Shown here: one piece after another, positions 21,485-28,807 of the stretch | Position numbering within the stretch: position 1 is the first letter of the stretch | Layout of the letters: each line of letters begins with the position of its first letter | DNA from: Amoeboradix gromovi X-113 | Lineage: Eukaryota > Fungi > Sanchytriomycota | Reading direction: 5' to 3' | DNA: 32,000 nucleotides | NCBI GenBank assembly: GCA_018985225.1 | Contig: JADGIF010000022.1 | Coordinates: 1 to 32,000 of the forward strand | The notes under the pieces: model-generated | Seen by the model: the letters and a program-made list of their open reading frames with translations, nothing else | What the model was told of the DNA's origin: nothing | Database searches by the model: none | Position numbers and translations under genes: made by a program

Positions 21485-22132
21485 ACCATGACTCCTTCTT
21501 AGACCATGTCTGGGCATGTAAGACTGCAGCTAGCGTCTCTTGGTAATGTACCTAGATCAGGAATATTCTAGCTGTGTAGCTTTGTAGATGTTTCTATGGA
21601 TCAGCAAAACAACTATCGAGATCTCTTGAATTACTACAATAGCGAAAAATAATTTTGGAAGCATAGAATCCGTGCAATTGTGATCAACAATTTATTCAGT
21701 CAGAATATTAAGCTGTAACTCATTACAGAAGATGTGCTGGTGTCTCACTGAGAGGATATATGTAGTCGAAACACTACATGAGCATCGTCGAATGAAAAAA
21801 TTTCGTTCTTTAAGCAAACATTCAAGTCAGGTTTAAGTCTTTATCTGAAGAAGAAACCGATAGGATTCGCTTTATAGAATCACGTATCGTTGAAAATATC
21901 ATATCGGAAAATAGTCTATTTCATCACTCCATATGAGAGTAGTCATGGTATCTGGCTACACGGGATTTCGCAATGAACTTTTCTCTTTTCGGTGTATAGA
22001 CTACCTTGTTCTCTGAAATTGATTCCGTTTTCACAAATTTGCGGTCAAAGAGCCGCGGGCTAACCGGATCAGAAAGATAGACGCAGAAAAGGCGAAAGAG
22101 AAGATAATTAGGATAATCATAGCGATTTGAGT

Positions 22133-22927
22133 TTATTGTCGAAATCTTTTCATGTTCTGAGCAGCCACTCTCGCAGTTTTTTTCGATGCTTGCAGCTGCA
22201 AGAACTCTTTTGGCTCTACCTGGTCTACAAGTGACTTTTTTAATTTTGACAACCGCGTACACCTCTTTGAGTTGGAGAAATACTCTTGGATTTGGTCTGT
22301 CAAGTCTTTGGATTCATTTGGTATATAACTCTGTTTGCCCTCTCTCTGGTGCCCACTTATATGTATTGAAGGAATGTAATCTGGAAATTCGTATTGCTCA
22401 AGCTTCGAGTTTTTAAATTCAGGATAAAGAGTGTATATGGAATTCGATTTCGACAAAGATGTACATGAGTTTCCATATCCAAAACATCCATGGCTAAAAG
22501 TCAGTTCTAGCTCAATCTTTCCAATTCTTCCAAATGCACCCCAAATATCTAAAATGGTTGAAATAGGAGAAGCTTTAACAATATCATGTAGATGGAGGTT
22601 AATAACAGACCATGTTCTCTTATCTTGCCCATGCAAAATAAATTCAAATATAACTTCGTTAAAAGGATGCCTATAATTGCAGGGAATATTCAAAAACATC
22701 TGATTAGTATTATCCCACATGATGACACTGTCCATTTTTTGAACACCAAAGTGTTTGCAATGTTCTTGTGTCTTTAAGCATAAATCCATTCCTTTATACT
22801 GCTTATCCAAAGCTAGGTCTAGAATGCTCAACTTCTTAACTTTAATACTTAGAACTCCGAAAGAGGAATAGTCCGTTCTTGGGTCTAGTAGCAATGATCT
22901 TTGTAAAGTTAATAAATCTAAATCCAT
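22133..22927 (-). CDS. Hypothetical protein with a divergent C2-like domain
   Basis: Beta-rich pattern GVLSIKVKKL...LHLHDIVK...GKIELELTFSHG. ATG at 22927; the ORF track starts it at TTG 22939. Confidence 0.6.
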   Translation of the reverse strand: MDLDLLTLQRSLLLDPRTDYSSFGVLSIKVKKLSILDLALDKQYKGMDLCLKTQEHCKHFGVQKMDSVIMWDNTNQMFLNIPCNYRHPFNEVIFEFILHGQDKRTWSVINLHLHDIVKASPISTILDIWGAFGRIGKIELELTFSHGCFGYGNSCTSLSKSNSIYTLYPEFKNSKLEQYEFPDYIPSIHISGHQREGKQSYIPNESKDLTDQIQEYFSNSKRCTRLSKLKKSLVDQVEPKEFLQLQASKKTARVAAQNMKRFRQ

Positions 22928-22949
22928 TGACCTAAACAAAAATATTTTA

Positions 22950-24158
22950 TTACTTTTTCTTTGCTTGAGTTGTCAAGTTAAATTTGAAAAAAATGATGTC
23001 ACCATCTTCTACAACATAGTCTCGTCCTCTTTGATAATACTTACCTGCATTCTTGACAGCAGCTTCTGAGCCAAGCTCCTTTAAATCCTCAAATTTCATC
23101 ACTTCCGCCATGATAAAGCCTTTCTCAAAATCACCATGAATGACTCCAGCAGCTTGTGGTGCTTTGATTCCGTTTCTTATAGTCCACGCTCTCACCTCTT
23201 TTGGACCAAAGGTAAAAAAGTGACCCAAATTTAAATTGGAATAGCCAGAGTGTGTGATCTTCGGCAACGCACTTACAACATCTTTACCTAGGGCTTTTAA
23301 GTATTCATTTCTTTTCTCTTCTGAATCTAGAAGCGCCAGAGTGCTTTCTAAAGCAGCAGAGAATGGAATCAATGAGTCGCCGGGTGAATTCTCCTCTATC
23401 CATTGCTTGACCTTGACAAGGTATTTGTTCTTCTTTCTAACATAATCCTTCTCGCTGAGATTACACAAGTATATAACTGGTTTGGCTGTCAAAAGCATTA
23501 AAGTGTTTAGTACTTCGATCTCTCGATTTGACCAGTCACCATGTCTTATGTCTTTCTTTTGATCTTTCAACAGCTCCAAGGCTTTCATCATGCAGTCAAA
23601 TTCTTCTTTTTTAGCTTTTTGATCTGGATTTGCACCACTGCCCAACCTTAAAGCAGTCTTTTTGACATTCGCCGATTGCTTCTCCAAGAACTCAACATCC
23701 TTTTTGCGCAATTCTTCACGGATAGCGTCCAAATCCAAAGTTGGATTTACCTCACCCTCAACATGTACCACCTCATCATCATCAAAACATCTAACCATGT
23801 GGAATATCCCATCCACAGCTTTTATGTTTGCAAGAAATGCATTACCAAGTCCCGCACCTTCGGCAGCACCTTTTACGAGTCCTGCAATATCGATTACAGT
23901 TAGATAGGCAGGCACTTTTGAGGCAGGTTTAAACTGATCTCTCAACCAGTCAAATCTTTCATCAGGAACACTAACCCGACCTTCTGTAGGGTCAATTGTA
24001 CAGAATGGATAATTTTCAGCAGGAATAGAACTATTTGTGATACAATTGAAGAAAGTCGATTTACCTACATTAGGCAACCCCACTATTCCTATTTTAAGGT
24101 TGTTGCTAGGTCTTCCAAGCATTATTTTATCATCTATTGTTTTCTTTTTGGGTGGCAT
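22950..24158 (-). CDS. OLA1: Obg-like ATPase 1 (YchF family)
   Basis: MPPKKK start, [30 protein letters not shown] and the TGS domain [16 protein letters not shown]. Confidence 0.97.
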   Translation of the reverse strand: MPPKKKTIDDKIMLGRPSNNLKIGIVGLPNVGKSTFFNCITNSSIPAENYPFCTIDPTEGRVSVPDERFDWLRDQFKPASKVPAYLTVIDIAGLVKGAAEGAGLGNAFLANIKAVDGIFHMVRCFDDDEVVHVEGEVNPTLDLDAIREELRKKDVEFLEKQSANVKKTALRLGSGANPDQKAKKEEFDCMMKALELLKDQKKDIRHGDWSNREIEVLNTLMLLTAKPVIYLCNLSEKDYVRKKNKYLVKVKQWIEENSPGDSLIPFSAALESTLALLDSEEKRNEYLKALGKDVVSALPKITHSGYSNLNLGHFFTFGPKEVRAWTIRNGIKAPQAAGVIHGDFEKGFIMAEVMKFEDLKELGSEAAVKNAGKYYQRGRDYVVEDGDIIFFKFNLTTQAKKK

Positions 24159-24224
24159 AACTTTGACTCGTTTTCCCCTAAATAGAAACCGGGTAAGCAT
24201 GGGAGATCATAAAAAATTAAATAT

Positions 24225-24443
24225 TTATTTATAGTATTCCTGTATTCTTGTCAACACGTTAAGTCTTAGCTTCAACTGATCTTTAAAAATTCGTTCTCTG
24301 TCCTTTCTTTCGTCTGATCGTCTTTTAGTAGTAGGCTTTGTGTATCGCATGTTGTCGAACCATTTATCTTTTAGCATTAGCTTTCTGCAAACTCTATTGA
24401 ATGTTCCAACAAGTCCAACTTTTGGATTTAACAATAAAACCAT
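24225..24443 (-). CDS. Mitochondrial ribosomal protein bS21m-like
   Basis: 72 aa basic protein with RYTKPTTKRR, matching the S21 YEKP..KRR motif. Confidence 0.6.
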   Translation of the reverse strand: MVLLLNPKVGLVGTFNRVCRKLMLKDKWFDNMRYTKPTTKRRSDERKDRERIFKDQLKLRLNVLTRIQEYYK

Positions 24444-24470
24444 TTTTGAGCTGAAAGAGTGTTTTGAGAT

Positions 24471-25093
24471 CTCCTCGTTAAAAGTCTAGATTTCCGAGAA
24501 AATCGAGAATTTCCACAGAGAAACTAATGCTAGTTTCTCCGTTACAGTGATCGCTCACGCTTTCACTACCCTGAGGCGGGATTGAATAAGGATGCAGATA
24601 CTTGATGTATATGTTCCTTGCTGCCATATGATCTCTACTTGTCTCCAAATGACACTTTGTACAGCTATAGCTTTGTAAGTTGGTTTTCTTTAGATTAGCA
24701 CACCTTGTATATGTCTGACTAGTAAATGATTCATTGCATTCGACCATCGTCTTTCCTCTTTGCCTACACTTGAACTTCTAGCGTTCCTTGAATGTGTAAT
24801 GGGACATTGTAGCCATGTTTCTTGCGACCTTGCTCGACAAGCTACTTAGCATCTGGCTCGTATTGAACGAGGGTAAGTATATGAGATCATACGTCTTTGT
24901 ATGATGTACCTGTTAGTTATTTCTTTAGATTTGACATATTCAGGATTACATCTATTTATTCCATTTACCATTTGCGAAAAGGAAGAATATCTAGTATTTA
25001 AGCTGTTAGAAAAATCTGGAAAAGTCTTAAAATGATACAAAAATATATAAAAATTCGCGATAAATGATTTATTCAAGAAAATAGTCAAGCTGT
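24471..25093 (-). mobile_element. Fanzor2 (IS607-type TnpB) internally deleted element with a candidate omegaRNA at its 3' end
   Basis: One frame from ~24897 to 24478 reads KTYDLIYLPSFNTSQML...SHYTFKER*KFKC...ECNESFTSQTYTRC...CTKC...RDHMAARNI. It has one in-frame TAG at 24778-24780 and carries RuvC-II, Zn-finger and RuvC-III motifs. Confidence 0.88.
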
Positions 25094-25626
25094 TGGACCA
25101 CTACGAAAACTAGACAAACTTTTCAAAACATTTGTCAAAAAAGACAAGCCTTGAGTGTAAATTCCCGTCATTGTTAGCGATACTCTAGGCAACCCTTAGT
25201 TAGAAATTGTCTTCTATTTAAGTAGGTTCTTAATTCTCCATAGATCTCTTATGAATAAGTGGTTTTTTAACAAGCATCACCGTCTCAATATGCTACAATG
25301 ACCTCTCTGATGTGGTTATACCTCTATTATCATAAGAAATCACCTTTTATCATTTCCTTTTCACCTTCACTTGTCTTGTCTTCTTTCTCTGTATCATCAA
25401 ATTTCATATTCGCGGCCGATACGTTCCTTAATCAAGCTCTCTAGACAGTCTATGCACCTTTTTAAGATTTGCTGGTGTCCTTGATGACCTAGTATTAGTG
25501 CAATGAACTCCCAAGACTTTTACAGTGCAGTTTTGGTGGTTTTTCGATGGGCATTGATCCTATAGCAAGCCCATGTCTTTTTAACATTCCCACTTACCCC
25601 TCTTGTCCAGTCATAGCATATCTCCT

Positions 25627-26400
25627 ATGTTAATTAGCTATAGTAGATCGCTGAACAAATACACAACAACGCTAGCACATAATCTTGATAATATTCTGCA
25701 AAATAGCAACGGCGTGTACACGACTTGTAGAGCATTTGAAAGTAAAATTTTTATGTTTTCCCATCATTTAGACAGAATAAAGAATGGTTTATTACAATCT
25801 AACATCTTATTCAGTAAGTCTGATGAGGACATTATAAGGAACATAATTAAAAAGAACTTGAACGGCTTTGATAGAGTTACAATCATCTTTGACAACAGTA
25901 ACATTTTTGCAAGTTTTGCTAATGTTTCCAAGATAAATTCAACTGTATCTGTTAAAGCTATCGTAGGTAAACGTGACAACGCGAATGTAAAGAGCGTGAA
26001 ATGGGTTAATCAGAGAAAAGAATATGAGAAATTTATAAATGAGGATGTTAACGAAGTCATTTTAACAGACAAGAATGGAAATTGCTATGAAGGGCTCTCA
26101 TCTAACTTTTATGCAGTTGTGGGAGATAAAATATACACTGCACCTTTGGCTTATGTATTGCCTGGTACCGTACAACAACTTGTTATTGATTTATTTCCTG
26201 ATAGAGTGGTCTATCAATTCCCGAATATAAATGATATCTGGGATGCCGCAATTATATCATCAACATCAAGACTAGTGCTCGGAGTTGATAAATTATATTT
26301 TCAAGATAAAGTCAAAGAGTTAGACAAAGACAACAGGGTCGTACGACAGGTGCAAGAGAAGCTATATGAAGCTGTTGTAAGTAAATCTGAAGTAATGTAA
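25627..26400 (+). CDS. PLP-dependent aminotransferase class IV family protein (DAAT/ADC-lyase/BCAT-like)
   Basis: GVYTTCR, HHLDRI, catalytic K in NVKS, EVILT...EGLSSNFY, VLPGT and ISSTSR. Confidence 0.85.
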   Translation: MLISYSRSLNKYTTTLAHNLDNILQNSNGVYTTCRAFESKIFMFSHHLDRIKNGLLQSNILFSKSDEDIIRNIIKKNLNGFDRVTIIFDNSNIFASFANVSKINSTVSVKAIVGKRDNANVKSVKWVNQRKEYEKFINEDVNEVILTDKNGNCYEGLSSNFYAVVGDKIYTAPLAYVLPGTVQQLVIDLFPDRVVYQFPNINDIWDAAIISSTSRLVLGVDKLYFQDKVKELDKDNRVVRQVQEKLYEAVVSKSEVM

Positions 26401-26413
26401 TATCAAATGTTTA

Positions 26414-26645
26414 CGTTGGGACACCAAATATAAAAACTAGACTAACTCGTTTTTAAATGAGGTGCACCATACGGAGGAAATCATTAATAAAAGATCTTCT
26501 ATTATACCACTTTTCTTTCATTGATTGTATTCCCTCTTCAAAATAAAAGTAGAAGACCCTGCATCTCGTTCAAATATACGAGGTCTTTGAGCATCTAAAC
26601 AAAAGGTGCATTTTCTTAGACGGTGCTCTTTTCTAGAGTCATTTT
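26414..26645 (-). mobile_element. Second copy of the TIR family: one end plus a Zn-finger/RD-encoding fragment
   Basis: 26417-26445 is identical to 13913-13941. The minus frame 26634-26521 reads RKEHRLRKCTFCLDAQRPRIFERDAGSSTFILKREYNQ. Weak homology may extend to ~26760. Confidence 0.75.
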
Positions 26646-26926
26646 GTAATGTTATACTAACATCGTTACTCTTGTCTATTCTAGTTTTTACAGAGTAATA
26701 GTGATATTTTATTTGAAATAAAGATTGGATGAAAGAGTAAGAGAATAGCTTTACAGAATATTTATTTTTGAAATTTCAATACAAAAAGTTATTTATTCTC
26801 CTTTTATACTCGTCAACTCCGCAACTAGCTGAATGTCCAGTCGCCTCTTGAATCCATAAAGTAATAAAGCTGAAATAATGTTCCAGGTTGTAACTTTCTG
26901 GGTTTATCGGCCTCAAAAGGGATAAT

Positions 26927-26998
26927 AGGCATTGCCGAGATTCGAACTCGGGTTGTTGGATTCAAAGTCCAAAGTGATGCCAGCTACACCACAACGCC
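26927..26998 (-). tRNA. tRNA-Gln (anticodon TTG)
   Basis: GGCGTTG acceptor stem pairing with CAATGCC, anticodon arm TTGGA-CTTTGAA-TCCAA, T arm CCGAG-TTCGAAT-CTCGG; 72 nt. Confidence 0.95.
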
Positions 26999-27909
26999 AT
27001 ATAGTTCAGGCCACTAATGAGATTGAAATAACACAAAGCACATTTACAAACTAAGGTGTTCTTATGTCACATACAACAAAAACGTTCAGATTGAATTTAA
27101 CAATTAAAGAATTGTTGACTCCATTGATATGACAGACGCCAAATATTTGCACTAATCTAGAAGTTCAATTAGATTGTTTAGAATCTGAGGTATCAAAAAG
27201 TAAAACTAGATTGAGCATTTGCAACAATAGATATCAAGACTGGCCATGTCAAATATATTTTATACCATTTATTACGAAGCAGGATGCTTATTAGCTGCTT
27301 GATCTATTTATCCTTGATGTTCATGATATAAAGAGCATCCTTGCTTTCGCTAAATTTGTGCAAACTACTACAGCTGTCTCGAGAAATATTTGACTATCAT
27401 CTACTTACTATTGCATGGAAACAAATTATTCATGTTGGCCATGTACAATCCTTACCAGAATATTAGAATGATGCCACCACAATGACTGAACTCACCTTAT
27501 TATCCGCAAATAAAGCGGCCTTGCTGTGTCTTAACTGGTCTACTGACTTGGAAGGAAAGCGTTGGTACTAAATACTCCAGAATATAGTGCTTTCATTGCA
27601 TGCATAGCTGTCATAGAAGTGACGGCAAGTAGACTAGCACTCAGCGGTACTTTCTTGCCCAAAGATCTTGCTGCTGTACCCACTCTTATGCAGTAGCGGA
27701 TAAGTTATGTGAATATATGTAACACACTTCTCAAGTCAGCGATCGCCTGCTAACAAACGACTATAGAAGAGAATGTTAGAGAAGAATGATAGCAGAACTT
27801 CATCGCCTACTTTTTAGGTGATAAAATATGGGGTGTTTCTACAAAAATTAGATAGTTTTCAGAATGATTGTCAAACTGAAAATTCACACAAAAAGAAAAC
27901 ACAAGGAGA

Positions 27910-28444
27910 ATGTCTTCCTTTTCTTCATCTAGCTTTGCGAAGCACTTATTAAGAGCAGAGACAAACAAAACTACAGGAGAAAGCGATTTAAACGCTCAAG
28001 CAAATTTCAATTCGAATTGGGCAAATGAGAAAGGCGTTTGGTTGACAGCTTTAGTTTTGATAGGAAGCTTTAAAATTCTATTCGGAATAATTCCGTACAT
28101 ATCAGTTGAGTTGTCATGGACTCTGACAAATATTTCGTACAACTTAGTACTCTTTTCTAATTTAGGTCACATACTTACTTTTTCATCAATGGTATGGAAC
28201 TCCTTTTGAGTTTAATCAAGGTGCTTGTGATGATTTAACCTTGTGGGAACAGATGGATCATGGTGATTTATTTACTCCTTCTAAAAAGTATTTTACTGCA
28301 CTACCAATACTTTTGTTTTTATGTTCAACGCATTACACTCACTATGATATTCCTACATTTTGCACCAATATAGCTGCCTTGTTACTAAATCTTCTTCCCA
28401 AAATCTCGCCGGAACCAAAAGAGGAAGATGACAAATTAAAGTAA
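27910..28444 (+). CDS. ORM1: ORM1/ORMDL sphingolipid regulator; exons 27910-28146 and 28166-28444
   Basis: NFNSNWANEKGVW and SWTLTN in exon 1. After a 19-nt intron the frame reads TYLLFH..GTPFEFNQGA.DDLTLWEQMD.G..FTP.KKY. Confidence 0.93.
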
Positions 28445-28455
28445 AAAATTATATT

Positions 28456-28773
28456 TTATTTTATCAACTCTTGAAGTATTTTCACCAAATCTTCTTCTTC
28501 AGCCTTGCTTTCTTTAATATAATCTTCCAAATCGGCTAAAGTCGTTTTCGGAGGCCTTGCTATATTTACCAACTGTTGAACCCGAGGTTGAATAATCCGA
28601 TCTACAATGTCAACTGGAAGTGATTTCGGAAAATTCTCGTTTTTCAGTATCCTGTTTATAGCAGTAAGTAGCCGTGAATTTAGAGTATTAAATGCCACAG
28701 GATCTGTCATCTTCATATCCCACCAATTTGTACCGTCTATTAATGATTGCAATTCATTAAATTGTTCCTCCAT
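28456..28773 (-). CDS. Small hypothetical helical protein
   Basis: 105 aa ATG ORF filling the gap between ORM1 and the ABC gene. Confidence 0.55.
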   Translation of the reverse strand: MEEQFNELQSLIDGTNWWDMKMTDPVAFNTLNSRLLTAINRILKNENFPKSLPVDIVDRIIQPRVQQLVNIARPPKTTLADLEDYIKESKAEEEDLVKILQELIK

Positions 28774-28807
28774 TTCTTCCCCTTAAAAAATATTCACCCT
28801 TCTTGGG

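Noticed and set aside
21076-21489. 137 aa ORF as a functional gene
   Set aside because: Only ~28 codons match the Fanzor fragment; the rest has no recognisable features.
21924-22262. 112 aa ORF as a second exon of the 22133-22927 gene
   Set aside because: No convincing splice sites or homology; it may be a decayed gene.
24778-24780. In-frame TAG in the Fanzor frame as a sign of stop-codon reassignment
   Set aside because: Conserved genes end in TAA/TAG and have no internal stops. A TTG(Leu)>TAG mutation in a dead copy is simpler.
27000-27900. Long intergenic stretch as a transposase remnant
   Set aside because: No ORF, repeat match or motif that I could support by eye.
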